This document shows, piece after piece, positions 10,470-23,310 of a DNA stretch of 64,000 nt. The notes under the pieces were generated by a model. It did not search any database. It saw only the letters and a list, made by a program, of their open reading frames with translations, and was not told where the DNA came from. Each line of letters opens with the position of its first letter. Position 1 is the stretch's first letter. Source of the stretch: Squalus acanthias (lineage: Eukaryota); the NCBI GenBank assembly GCA_030390025.1, contig CM059428.1, forward strand, positions 91,636,001-91,700,000, in the 5' to 3' direction. The position numbers were made by a program, and so were the translations under genes.

Positions 10470-11258
10470 GTCCTTTCTACCTCTCATCCCAAGGCAGGAG
10501 CAGAGGAAACCGGTTTTATTGACAAGTCCCTTGGCTCGGATACAAAGGGACACATTGGCAGTCAGGTTTTGAGTAGAGGACTGTCAGACACGACTCTTGG
10601 CCTGGAGCTGGAAGCTATAAAATGCTGGAGGGCAGTTTTTGCAGTTAGAAATAATCTGAAAGAAAGGTAATGTAAAAAAGAAGTAAGGCGTCCCACAAAA
10701 GGGACAGTGTGTGTGTGGTTTATTATTTTTTAACACGTTTTCAAGAAGAGAATTGAAATTGAGCTAAGCAAGTGGAATTTGCTTCGACTGTTACTCTGTG
10801 ATATCCGGCCTTGCCTCGCCCAAATGTTTAAGTCTTCCTACAGGACGATTGGAGAAATGCATGTGCGGGCACGATATGCAGTTTGTATTAAAAGGGGGGG
10901 TTCCTATTGTTACATTTTGGCGTTATGTCATTGTATAATTAGTTATTGGGCAGGACGGGCACACACTTCAACATAAGATGCTTAGTGTTACGGGAGTGAC
11001 TGGCAAAGCTGTACCTGAGAGAATATCTCAAGCAGTCCTGAAACTTGTAACAAATGACTTTTACTTTAGTTATTCTAATTCACTTAAGTTTCTTTTATCT
11101 AATTATCGCTTTGGTGTTCCTAACATTGTATTAGTTACCATTCAGTTCACTAATGTATTTAAAATGGGTCACCCAGCTAGTACTGCAGCCCCTGCCGACA
11201 CATAGCTGAGTTTACCTTTTTATTTCCTGCTATAGAAGTGAAACTCTGTTAATACATT

Positions 11259-11912
11259 GGGGGAAATTTTCAACTCCCCACGAGGGGCGGAAGAGAGTCT
11301 GAGGGGTGGGTTAAATCAGCAAATATACAAACCCGACCCAAACTCGCCGCGAACGCACCTACTTTCATTTTAACGGCAGTGGGTATGGGAGGGTCTGAGG
11401 AACCCGCTCTGGAGAGGCGGGTCTGTAATTATAATATGTTAATGAGGTTCCATTCCTGAGATTTTGGCAGTCATTTGAATTTAACGCTGGCCAGCTGGGT
11501 TTCCCTGCACTTGGTACACCCGACAGCTAAGGGAGGCGGGGGCAGCCGGATCCAGCAGGTAAGCGCTTCGTATGGCACTGCTTTTGGGCTACTAGGAGCA
11601 GGAGTGCTTCCCCTGGCCCCTCGAGCAGATCTTCTGCCGCGATTGTCCAATCCCCGGTCGCCCCTCCTTCTCGATTGCCGATCCGACTCTTATCACCATC
11701 CCCCCCCCACCCTACCAACTTGTGCCTTCTACCGCTTGCTTTCCCGCCCAGATACTAGCCAGTGTGTCAATCTGGCTGGCTGCTTGGCGGGAGACGGAAT
11801 TAAAAAATGATAGAGGTCCTGCCGTTAAATTTAGTCATACCGCTGCGTTCCCAGCATTTACAGATTAACCCCTCCACAAACACGCCCCCACCTCTCTGTA
11901 AATAACGGGGCC
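11259..11912. mobile_element. Harbinger-type MITE, TSD ATT
   Basis: GGGGGAAATTTT start, GGGGCC end, ATT on both sides; related to 50157-50960. Confidence 0.55.
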
Positions 11913-11935
11913 ATTGTATCTTTGGGAAGACTTTT

Positions 11936-12350
11936 GAGTGTCAGCTTTGCTCAGTGGTAGTCCTCTCACCACTAAATCAGAAAAGTTCAAGATCCATTCC
12001 AGGACTTGATCAAATAATCGAGGCTGACAATTCAGTGTAGTACTGAAGCAGTGCTGCATTGTCAGTGGTGCCATCTTCCAGATGGAACTTTAAACCAATG
12101 CACTGTATGTCTGTTTAGGTGGATGTAAAACATGCTTTTCAAAGAAAAGTAGGGAGTTCTCGGCCAACATCACAAACAATCAGATTAGTTGCTCTTCTCA
12201 TTTGTTTTTGTGGGACCTTGCTCTGCGCAATTTGGTTGTTGTATTTGTCTGCATAATATCAGAGTAATTTATTGGTTGTGAAGTGCTTTGGAATGCTCTG
12301 AGGATGTGATAACAACATGCAATATAAATGCAAGCCCTTTCTTTTCTTTT
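11936..12350 (+). mobile_element. tRNA-derived DeuSINE (SacSINE1-like), old copy
   Basis: GCTCAGTGGTAG A-box head, CAGTGTAGTACTGAAGCAGTGCTGCATTGTC Deu-like core, ATATAAATGCAAG tail. Confidence 0.7.
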
Positions 12351-12764
12351 CCTTTGATCAGCAGGTTCCCGCTACTACACTGACACACTAGGATATTTTA
12401 TTTAACTTCTTCACGGCTCATTGTGCAACATTAGCATCTTGAAGCATAATGGAAATGAATTGAAATGATTCTACTTACCCATAGAAAACAAAGTAAAATC
12501 AAAATGTAACATTAATTTGCATATTCAATGTGCAGGATTGTAGAATGAAATAACATTAATATTTAGTTTAAATGTTCTAAATGGACATCATACTGTCATG
12601 GCCTGATGATCTACTCCATACTCTATCTGTTAAATTGACACACCATTTTGCATTAACCTTGTTTCTAAATCTGTTTAAATCCTTTAATCCAATACTCTTA
12701 ACCTCAGTTGTTCACAGTAAGTTTCCTTTTGCAGATTGATTTTTGTTTTTGCTTGGTTAAACAG

Positions 12765-12847
12765 GCTCTATCAGAAATAACAATCCTCTTCGGAATTGGA
12801 TATGTTATCCTGACGCTGACTTCTGTTGGATTGATGATGGAGAACAG
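12765..12847 (+). CDS. AGMO: AGMO exon (ALSEITILFGIGYVILTLTSVGLMMENR), GC donor
   Basis: AAACAG acceptor; matches recalled human ALSQVTLLLRVCFIILTLTSIGFLLDQR; 83 nt, ends CAG|GCAAGA, phase 2. Confidence 0.88.
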
Positions 12848-13177
12848 GCAAGAGTTATTCTTTTGCATTACCAAAATAATTGGTTCCTCTTTCTTTTTGT
12901 CCTTCTCCCTTGCTTCCCTTAATTCATCATTTTCTTTCTGTTTATCACTTCTTTCCTCATTTCCAATAAATTGGAGTTGATTTTCGTCTCTGTTGCACTC
13001 CAAAAGCAGCTGCGGAGGGGCTGTGGTGTTACACTAAATTAAATTAGGTGGAAATCAGCTCTGCTGGATTTTCACCGATTTTCACCCCTGCACAAGTTCC
13101 CAGTTGGATCTGGAGTTGGCGGTACAGCCCGAATCTGAAGTAGGTGGGAGCTTCATTAAAGTAATGCATTGAAGTGT

Positions 13178-13272
13178 CAGCCTAGATTATGTGCACAAAT
13201 CTCTAGAGGGTGACTTGAACCCACGACCTTCTGACTCAGAGGCAAGAGTGCTAACACTGAGCCAAGGCTAAC
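13178..13272 (-). mobile_element. DeuSINE head fragment
   Basis: Reverse complement has GGCTCAGTGTTAGC and GGGTTCAAGTC pol III boxes. Confidence 0.6.
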
Positions 13273-14506
13273 ATCTGAAGAGAAAGAACCATGGAGGGAT
13301 GCCATACAGGCAGGATGTCCAAGATTTGCGCTATGCCCTCTAACTGATACCTATGTAATTCATCTACTGACAGATGTGAAATCACCTCACATTTGCACAC
13401 TATTAGTGAAGGCTCCTCTTCCTAAGGGAAACTGCAACAGCAGACCCCCTATGGTGTCACTAACATATGTGAATTCCTGACTAGCCATTATCATGCCTGG
13501 TTTAGAAGCACTCTAATTACAGAATGTCATGCATTATGTGATACTGTATGAAAGAAGGCATACCAGGATAATCAAGAGCCAGTATTGCCTGATAGACTGT
13601 ACCTGTCATGATGCCACCAACCATTTCTGCAAGCCCTGGTACACCGACCTGGCCAAGATTCTGTGAACCTGTCTTCTCAGAATCTTGCTCAGCAAAAAAG
13701 GCAGATGCAGAACGGTGCCATCTTCTGCGAGGCCTGTAAGGACAGCTGCAACTGCAATGAAGCCTAGGGCTCTCAGGTGCAGGGACAGTAATGGTCAGCT
13801 GTAACATGAAACTTGGCTGTATCTCCTGATGGAGTGCTGACCCATGGAGATAACACCATGGAATGACATAGAGCGTTCTCCTTGACTTCAGCAGCCATAA
13901 AATGAAGTGCTGTGCTGTTTTGTCTGGTCTGCAGACTTATCCCTGCTCATGGGTCCTCTTTCTCCTTTTGTCTGGCAGTTCTTAATTCCCTACCCTTTGA
14001 ACCTGGACAAAAATAGCTAATGGGTTGAGATGTCTTTTGAGACACTCCATAGGCTTTCTGAATTTTTATTGCTTTCGTGTGACTTACTCCTTTAGTTGAT
14101 TCCATCCCTTTCAAATTTGACTGACACAATTTTCTTCTCCTGTAATTAATACCCTTCATAGACTGTCTGAGTTTACACCTGGTGATGTGAATAATTATGA
14201 AAATAACCTCAGACCATAGCAGTAAGTGCAATTACCACTTGACCTTTCAGTTGGCATTTGTATTAGTTCTTAACCATTTAGAAATGACTTAGACCTGTAG
14301 TTGAAAGTTGGCCTCACTACATTAGTCTTCCATTGTTTTTCTCAGTCTCGCATGCTTTGCATCTTTTTTCTGTTTCCAATATCAGATCATTTTTACACCT
14401 TTATCTTTCTCCATTATGAGTAAAGCTGCATGTTTCTGCTCATTTCTGCAATTTAGTTTTGTTAATGTTCACCAATCATTAATTGTGTTGCTTCCAATGT
14501 CAACAG

Positions 14507-14603
14507 ATCGGGAGCAGCTATTCTGGAGACCATCCGATGCTGTGTTTTCTTTTTTGTTCCTGAACTGGGTTTCTTGACTGGTCCTTTAAAACTAGCAACT
14601 GAA
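14507..14603 (+). CDS. AGMO: AGMO exon ((R)SGAAILETIRCCVFFFVPELGFLTGPLKLATE)
   Basis: CAACAG acceptor, phase 2 compatible with the previous exon, GTAAGT donor; matches recalled human PKAAIMETLRC. Confidence 0.88.
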
Positions 14604-16058
14604 GTAAGTGATTTTTTTCATTTAACTGAGTACAGTAATAGAAAAAAAAACCTGTTAAAATGTATCTGTGGCAGAATTTGTAAAATGGCTTGTAATAGAG
14701 ATTATAAAGTTGCATTACTGTCCTTGCATGCTGAAATTATTTCACACAGGTTCCCACTGGTTAGAGTATTATAGTTTTGGATACCCCATTATAGAAAGGG
14801 TAAAGCAATGGCAAAGGTGCAGCATAGATTCACTAGGAAATTACAAAAGATAAAGGGTTGGATTTTCTCAGTAGTGGGCTTACCACTGAAATTGCACCAT
14901 AACAGCAGTTCCGCCTGTCAGTGTAACTTTGCTGAGAACTAGCCCAATTTCCTCAGTGTACCCTCAATACATATTCATGGTGGACTCTTGGCACTATTAA
15001 TACCATTTATTGGCAGACTGCCTCTGGGGAGGGGAGGAAAATCCAGTGCTGCTACAGCTGAAATGGTCAAAGTGGACAATTTGTGCCTCTAAACAATGTG
15101 GCTCACTGCAATACTGGAGGATGGTGCTTCTTCAGGCACTGAGCCCACAAAGACTCTTTAGTAGACACCAATGGGGGCGCAAGATGGTCTTAAACAGTGG
15201 AAAGGTTGTCAGATTTGTTGTAAATGACATGTTTCAGCTGCAAATTGACAATGTGGGGAATTATCACATGAAAAACAGGCAGGGTGGGGGAGCGGGGAGT
15301 GAAAGTTGTACAAATCTAAAACCCAAGCTCACTTAGCAGCAGCCCGCCCCTGCCCGGGCTTGAAACCACCCCGCCCACAGACTCAGCACCTACCTGTTGC
15401 TGCGGCATCCTGGTGAGCCAGCATTCCCTGGCCATTTCATCACACGCATGCTGTGGAGTTAAAACTACCGCGGACTATTGCCCCCGCCCCCCGCTCTGTG
15501 CGGGTGAGAAAGGGGAAAATCCTGGCCAATGAGTAGGGGCAAGGTAGGGGAATGCATGTGCTAAAGAGCAGAAGAATGAACTCCAAATGGAAGCCTTGGT
15601 AGTTGAGGGAAGAGCTCAAAGTCAGTAAGCGAGTGATCTGACTTTATTGTGAAAGGGGAACCCGGATGGCGGGAGTCATTTGGCAACAGGTTCAGGTCTT
15701 AGTCAGCTGAGGATTTCCTTTGAGTTGTGCCTACATCTGTCACAATTGCTTCATGACGATAGCGCAGCCTTCTGAAATATTGCCAAAAGGTCCAACGCCT
15801 GTTTTAGGTGGTTGCCCGGGACACCTTAAAAAAAAAAAGAAATGGGCCTAATGAATTTAGTAGTGGCTCGAATACACATGCAGATTGGGTGCAGATCGTC
15901 CTGCTGCTAAATTTGTGATTATGCCCAATAAACGGGTGCAACACATATCAATTTCTGCCTCTATTTCATCTGAGTGGTGTGTCAATGACAAAGAGTCATT
16001 AATTTAAAATTGTCAGTAAGAGACGGAGGAGAGAAATTAGGAGAAATTTCTTTACATT

Positions 16059-16822
16059 GGGCCAGAAATTCGGCTCTCCGGCTTCCCGCGGGTGCAAGGA
16101 TCGCGCGCATACTTACATACCGCGCCTGCCGTTGTGCTTCGGGCCTGCGTGGAATTCGGCTCCTGGGCCTCCTGCAGCTGCCGGTGTGCAGTGCTTGCGT
16201 ATCCCAGGGGCGCAGTTAGTTCGAAGCGTCCCCTGGGATCACGTGGGCCATGGAGAGCCAATCGGAGCAGGGAATCTTCATTCATAGATTTTGATAGGAA
16301 GACCTGTCAAATCTATGAATAGAGAACGGCCCCAAAACTTCACTAAAACTTCAAATACATTTTTTTTTAAAAATCACATTTTTGAAATAACTATAAATTA
16401 CATAAATTAACTACTTTAAACAAAAATTTAAATTTTTGAAAAAATTAATTACACTTTTTAACGGTGCTAAAAATAAACTTACCTTTCTTTAAAGTATGTA
16501 AAAAAATAAACCTGTTGAAAAAATGTTTAAATTGTACTTAATTCACCACTTACCTTGTTAAAAGCAGGCCTTGCACCTCCTTTTTTCCTGCGCAGCTTCT
16601 CCATACTTACCCTCACGGAGAAACCTGAAAAAAAAACGAAGTTCGCTGCGTGCGCGCTGCCTCTCCGGCGCACGCATTCGACCTCTGAACCCCTTCCTTC
16701 AGGGGAACGGAAGTTCCGGTTTCCAGCGCATGCGCAGTGCATGCACGATACCGGCACTTTCGTTGGGTTTACGGGTGAGTACACAGCGCGTACTCACCCG
16801 TGGAGACCCGAATTTCTGGCCC
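16059..16822. mobile_element. Harbinger MITE family H, copy 1
   Basis: Perfect 15-bp TIR GGGCCAGAAATTCGG; internal hairpins; inverted homologue of 42079-42839. Confidence 0.85.
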
Positions 16823-18159
16823 AAATTGTGTGTTGGAATATTTTGCCACGTGGAGTGGTTCGTTTAAAGGAAAATTGAGTAAATATTTGAAACAGAGTAA
16901 GATACAAGGCTATAGGGAGAGAGTGGGATTAGATTCAGATTGCGCTCTCAAAGCTGGCACGGATATGATGCGCTAAGTGACCTCCTTCTGTGCTGCAAAC
17001 TGCTGTGGTTCTATGTCCAGAAATTTGGATTGAAATTGCACAAAGATGTTCGTAATGGACAAATTAATATACTTGTATGAAATACCTCTGTTCACTAATT
17101 TAAAGGAGGCATTAGCAGGTTTAAAATAGACAGGTTAATGCCCTTGTTAAGAGAATGTACAGAGGAATTTCATACGAATGCATTAATGTATTTGATACTA
17201 ATAACGTATGGCACAGTTGCAATCCTATAGAGACTAAAATGGCAGGTGATCCCAGGGTTTTAAAGGATTTTTAATTTATTAAGTGGGAAGTTTTACTTTG
17301 GCCACCAACAGTTAAATGAAACAACATGGATCTAGGATGTAGCGCATGAATGGTTTTGTACCCTTCAAAGGGTTTTGTGTCCAACAGTGATTTCCGTTCT
17401 GGGTTAATTTCAATAGTACTTTATATATAAATTCAGTTTTAAATGGATTAGCTGTCACACCAGTTAGCTTGTTCCATTTGCACTTCAAAACTTCAGGCCA
17501 TGAGAATAAAATGTAAAAGTTTTACGAAAAACATAAGATTGAGGATCTCCCCTGTGCCGTTCCCACCACTTCCCCGTGGCAGTGGATATGTGAAATAGAC
17601 TTCTAGTTAATGCCATGTTAACACCTTTAAAAAAAAAAAAAAAATGCACAGGATGAATATCTGGTTTGGAATAGGATTAAAGGTCTTAAATACAAATAGA
17701 TATAGTGAAATGCTTTGTGGAATATTGAGTTTTTTTGGTATCTAATACCTGGGGTTTGAGATTTGTTGGGATATATTCTGATGACCTCAAGTTTTGCTCC
17801 GATCCAGATTTGTACAAGTTTGTCATGCCAAGGAAGGCAATCAGTCAGGGAACAGTGCACGATGGCACAGGTACAGTGCGTCGAATGACCTCCTTCTGTG
17901 CTGTATCATTCAATGATTCGATGATATGGACATTCCGGAGTTTCTATTGGAAGGAGAAATGTGGCACAGGTGGACTTGTAGAATAAATGGGTCAGGTAGA
18001 GTTCAAAATAGTGATTGTAAGTAATCTGTGGACGAAACAGATGGTAAAATTTCATGTGTAGCATTCCCCATGAAGAGCTTCATGTGTGGGAAGTGCATAA
18101 GGGGATTTCAGCTGCTCAGATATTTGTGGTCCATGGTTTTTCATCACAGACTCGCCCTT

Positions 18160-18295
18160 TTAAAGACGGTGATTGTAGGCCGCCTTCTTGAACTGCTGCA
18201 GTCCTTGTGCTGATGGTGCTCCCACAATAGTGTTAGGTGGGTATTGCAACATATTGACCTCGCGATGATGAAGGAACGGTAATATATGTCCAAGT
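18160..18295 (-). mobile_element. Old LINE (family A-like) 3' fragment, continued at 19197-19240 and 23154-23310
   Basis: Collinear with 2220-2520 once the nested inserts are removed. Confidence 0.65.
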
Positions 18296-19196
18296 ATGAA
18301 CAATGAGGAGGATGCTAGGAGGCTACAGAGTGACTTGGACAGGTTGGGTGAATGGGCAAATGTATGGCAGATGAAGTACAATGTGGATAAATGTGAGGTT
18401 ATCCACTTTGGTGGTAAAAATAGCGAGGCGGACTATTACCTGAATGGTGGCAGATTAGGGAAAGGGGACGTGCAACGAGACCTGGGCGTCATGGTACATC
18501 AGTCACTGAAGGTGGGAATGCAAGTGCAGCAGGCAGTCAAGAAAGCAAACGGAATGATGGCCTTCATAGCAAGGGGATTTGAGTACAGGAGTAGGGAGGT
18601 GATGCTACAGTTGTACAGGGCCTTGGTGAGGCCACACCTGGAGTATTGTGCGCAGTTTTGGTCTCCTAACTTAAGGAAGGACATTCTTGCTATTGAGGGA
18701 GTGCAGCGAAGGTTCACTAGATTGATTCCTGGGATGGCCGGACTGACATATCAAGAAAGATTGGGTCAACTGAACTTGTATCCTCTGGAGTTCAGAAGAA
18801 TGAGGGGGGATCTTATAGAGACATTTAAAATCCTGACTGGTTTAGACAAATTAGATGCGGGCAGAATGTTCCCAATGGTAGGGAAAACTAGAACCAGGGG
18901 TCACAGTCTAAGGATTAAGGGGAAGCCATTTAGGACTGAGCTGAGGAGGAACTTCTTCACCCAGAGAGTGGTGAATCTATGGAATTCTCTTCCACAGAAG
19001 GTTGTTGAGGCCAGTTCGCTAAATATATTCAAAAGGGAGTTAGATATAACACTCACAACTAAGGGGATCAAGGGGTATGGCGAGAAAGCAGGAATGGGGT
19101 ACTGAGGTAGCATGTTCAGCCATGAACGCATTGAATGGCGGTGCAGGCTCGAAGGACCGAATGGTCTACTCCTGTACCTATTTTCTATGTTTCTAT
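18296..19196 (+). mobile_element. Young 5'-truncated CR1 LINE (open ORF2 C-terminus to 19105), TSD AAGT
   Basis: LYRALVRPHLEYC and FFTQRVVNLWNSLP motifs; CR1 3' stem-loop and TTCTAT tail. Confidence 0.92.
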
Positions 19197-19785
19197 AAGT
19201 CATGATGCTGTGTGACTTGGAGAGGAACGTAGAGGTGATTGGCCAGAATTTCCCCAGTGCCGAGCGTGCGGGTTTGGAGGCGGGTCGGCAGTTAAAAGTG
19301 CAGAAATTGACCGCATCAGGAACTCGCCGTCATCCCGCCTACTTCCGCATTTAACTCGGGCGCGTTGCGAGGTGCGCCACGGTCACGCTCGAGAGAGGCG
19401 GGCAACCTCATTGAGGTACTTAACTGCTCGTAGAGAGACCCTTAACTGTCTTTTTAACCTCAGGTTTGAACTTTAACTGGTTGTGCACAGGATTCACGCA
19501 CCTCGGGAACCTCGCCTGTGAAGGAGGCGGAAGCTCAGTGGCAATTGTGTGAGTCCATTAAGTGACAACTGGAAAAAACACACAAATACTTCCACATTAC
19601 ATCTACTTCCTTGCCTAAGGGAGAGGCTTTGGCTGACACCATTTTGTGCAGAGATTTAGCTGACAGGAGTTTACAGGTCATTTCTGCAACTTCGGAAACC
19701 ATTCTCACCAAATTGCTAGACACTAGCAGTACATTGCAGGATTGTGCCTCTGATCTCCACTTTACCTTCCATCTATTAGATCAGC

Positions 19786-20357
19786 ATGGGTGCCACTTCT
19801 GCTGTCTCACCTTAGACCTCAGAATCGGACCAAGATGAGCCCCAGCACCAACAACACCAGCCACACCAGCAGCAGCAACCACAACAGCAGCCTTCTGCTC
19901 AATGACCTGATGCTCCACAAGAGAGAGGGGGGTCAGCACAGGGCTGCACCGCGCCGGAGGCGATACCCCCAACACAGGTATACAGGCAGAAGATGAGCTT
20001 CCTGGACATGATTGAACAGCAGTGCCTCAGGAGACTCAAGCTATCGCGCCAGGTCGTGGCAGACATTTGTAGCTTGCTGGAACAAGACCTGGTGGTCAGA
20101 GGACCGGGTGGACATGCCTTACCAGTGGCTGTCATAGTCACCACCGCCCTCAACTTCTTCACCTCAGGCTCCTTCCAGGGATCTGCATCAAACATTTGCA
20201 GGACCTCGCAGTCTGCTGCCCACTGATGCATCACCCAGGTGACCGATGCCATGTTTGACAAGTCAGCCAATTATGTAAACTTTGCCACTGATGAAGCCAG
20301 TGTTATTGAGTGAGCGCTCGGCTTTGCGGCTCTGGCTGGCTTCCCACAGGTGCAGGG
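19786..20357 (+). pseudogene. Harbinger transposase pseudogene, 5' half
   Basis: [12 protein letters not shown]...[11 protein letters not shown]...AGFPQVQG with stops; truncated before the first catalytic Asp. Confidence 0.85.
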
Positions 20358-20509
20358 AAGTTGTGCAAAGCCATTTCCCAGGTAGCGGGCAAAAATGGAC
20401 AAGACTGAAAAGTTGTGCAAAGAAATACATTTATGTGCGTCATAAATATAACTAAAACATAACTAACATTTTGTCATATACCCATGTGCATATCCTTATG
20501 TATCTAGGA

Positions 20510-22851
20510 TTGTGTCTTTTTTTGTTTCCGTGTGCTTCTACGAGGTGCAACCCCTGTGGCTTCAGCAAAGGTAGAGGCAGGCTGCTCACTTCCCTGCTGC
20601 GACTGCTTAGACACTTTGGTGGATGCCCTCCTGTATGCCTCAGAGACATGGACCATGTACAGCAGGCACCTCAAAGCACTGGAGAGGTACCACCAACGCT
20701 GCCTCCGCAAGATCCTGCAAATCCATTGGCAGGATAGGCACACCAATGTCAGTGTTCTTGCTCAGGCCAACATCCCCAGCATCGAAGCTTTGACCACGCT
20801 CGATCAGCTCCGATGGACGGGTCACATTGTCCGCATGCCCGATACAAGACTCCCAAAACAAGCGCTCTATTCGGAGCGCCGGCACGGCAAAAGAGCCCCA
20901 GGTGGGCAGAGGAAACGCTTCAAGGACAGCCTCAAAGCCTCCTTCAAAAAGTGTAACATCCCCACCGACACCTGGGAATCCCTGGCCCAAGACCACACAA
21001 AGTGGAGGAGAAGCATCCGGGAAGGCGCCGAACACCTCGAGTCTCTTTGCCGGGAGCAAGCAGAAGCCAAGCACAGGCAGCGCAAGGAGCGCACGTCAAC
21101 CCAAGCACCCAACCCACCTGCCCCTTCAACCACCGTCTGCTCCACCTGTGACAGAGACTGTAGGTCCCGCATTGGACTCATCAGTCACCTGCGAACTCAT
21201 TTTTAATGTGGAAGCAAGTCATCCTCGGTTCCGAGGGACTGCCTAAGAAGAAGAAGGATGTCCTCTGGGTTTTGGAGCCTGTGAGGGCACCGCCAAAGAC
21301 TGCTCCTCCTGCAGCTGTGCAGGGACAGACTCGGCCATCGGGATCTGAGGCAACATGTGGGGCTCTGACTGAGGGGGAGGCAACAGGGGAGAAGTGGGGG
21401 CGCGTTGAGTAGTCCCCTCTCACCATGATCCCTCTCATGGGCCACCTGCACTTCCCTGCTAGCAAGGAGCTGGAGAGCACCTTGCTGCACATCAGTGGGG
21501 CGATGAAAGCCCAAGTCTAGGTTAATATCCCTCCTTGAGATGAGGTCAATGAGTGTCTACAATCTGTTGCTCACAGCAAGCATGTTCTCCTTGGACTGGC
21601 GCATTTGCTGCTCAATGCAGGTGGCCATCCTTTCCATGGGAACAGCACATCGTCGCCATGGCCTACGAGATGGTGGTGCTCATGTTGGAGATGGACTCCT
21701 CCATTCTCTGAACAGTCGCACACATCGCGGCTGCAAAAGCTGCTAGGGTCTCGCGCATTGTTGCTGCTCCTCCAAGATCACCCTCTTTCTCGATGGCCCC
21801 TGAGGTTCAGCATCTCAGACCCACCGAGGTTTGCATATCTGCACTGGTGCTGGGTGCGCATGGGTCTGCTGACGGTGCACCCTCAGACTGGAGCTTCCTC
21901 TGAGGAGTCGTCTTCCTCCTCCGGCTGGACAGTGGCTGGGGGAGGGGTGGGGGGGGGCACTTGATGGACCTTTGGGAGAGTAAAGAGATGAATTAGAAGT
22001 CTTGTGATAAGAATGGGTAATGTTACCATTATGCACATGATGACATTTCACTGGCTGCTGACATCAGTCAACCATAGGGATGACTGTTGTATGCCATGTC
22101 GCTGTATGAGATTTAATCCTGTCACCAGATTGCTGGGATGTCCCCTCTCCGTCACCCACCGCCAGCAGCTCCAGAACTCCAGAGATTTCTAGAGTCTCCT
22201 CCTCTGCTGGAGTCAAATTTGTGAATATTGGAGGGCCACCTCCAGTTCTCTGCCTCTTCCTGTTGTTGTGGGCTCTCTTCTCCTGCAAGGAAGGAAAGGA
22301 GAGAACTTTGAGTGAGAGCGATGGAATGAGTGTAAGGAATGGATGTGCTACATCTGTAGAGGGTGACTATGATGGAGTAGCGTGACATTGCCAAATGGCC
22401 TCCTTCTGTGGTATTATTTGCTATGATTGCATTAGGATGAGGGTGAGTGTCAGTGGCGGTTAGTCAGATGGGGATGTGAATAGGTGCATAGACAGAGAGG
22501 GATGGGTGCACCTGCCAGGTAGGTTGGTGTGAGAAGTGATGTGCAAAAATAGGCTTGAGAAGGCAGTGTGATGGCGTTGGGGTGACACGCACATCAGGAT
22601 GTAGGTGAGTGTGGCATTGCACTCTCCTTTCCTGACCTCATGAGATCATTAAATCTTTTGCAGCACTGGATTCACGTCCTCCTCACCACATCCCTGCTGC
22701 TGACCTCCTCTGTGATCTCTAGCCAGGCCCTCTTAGTGTCTCTGGCTGGTCTTTTTCAGCTATCCGCAGGGAAGAGGACTTCCCTGCGTGCTCCGACTCC
22801 CAGGGAGACATCTGGGAATCTTGGCACAGCCTTCTCCCTGTGTGTCTCCAT
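20510..22851 (-). pseudogene. Harbinger Myb/SANT pseudogene (3 exons)
   Basis: Exon 1 ~22628-22851 (AWLEITEEVSSRDVVRRT*IQCCKRFNDL), exon 2 ~22120-22283 (EKRAHNNRKRQRTGGGPP), exon 3 split by the RTE. Confidence 0.75.
20625..21255 (+). mobile_element. 5'-truncated RTE-clade LINE inserted in Myb exon 3
   Basis: LLYASETWT, QLRWTGHIVRM and C-terminal CSTCDRDCRSRIGLISHLRTH; (AAG)n tail; GGATG(C/T)CCTC on both sides. Confidence 0.9.
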
Positions 22852-23310
22852 GACCCACAGAAATCTCAATTATGCAGCAATTTGTAGCTCTTCAAAACAC
22901 TTTGATCTCTCCTACTGCAACCTTCAAATGAGATGTGTGCAAGGCTGCTTTAAATATCCACGCTGAAAACGAGTCATCGGTGACATCATCAGACCCTCTC
23001 CATTTAATTGGGCCGGGATCCCCACATGAATCTTTCAATTGATGCAATTGAGTTAAACGCGCAGTACTGAACGCGCTGTTGAAAAGCTTGGGATGGCGAG
23101 CCGCTACACGGCCTGCAGGCACCCGCCCCGACGCTCAGGTCAAGATTCCGGCCATGGTGCTCCCATGACATTGCTGCTTTTATTCTTTTCCGTCGTAAAG
23201 CTTGCAGGGTGGGAGGTGCTGTCAGTGTAAGCTTGGTGAGTTGCTGCAGTGCGTCCTGTAATACCATACATACTCCAGCCACACTGTGCTGTTGATGGAA
23301 GGGGTAGGTA

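Larger units (their letters stand above)
19241..23153. mobile_element. Decayed Harbinger (transposase +, Myb -)
   Basis: TIRs GGCCAGAATTT / AAGATTCCGGCC, flanks ATT/ATG; interrupts a LINE fragment. Confidence 0.85.

Noticed and set aside
13290-14260. Possible ancient Harbinger remnant (VKVVIAL on the minus strand)
   Set aside because: Too decayed to support without alignment.
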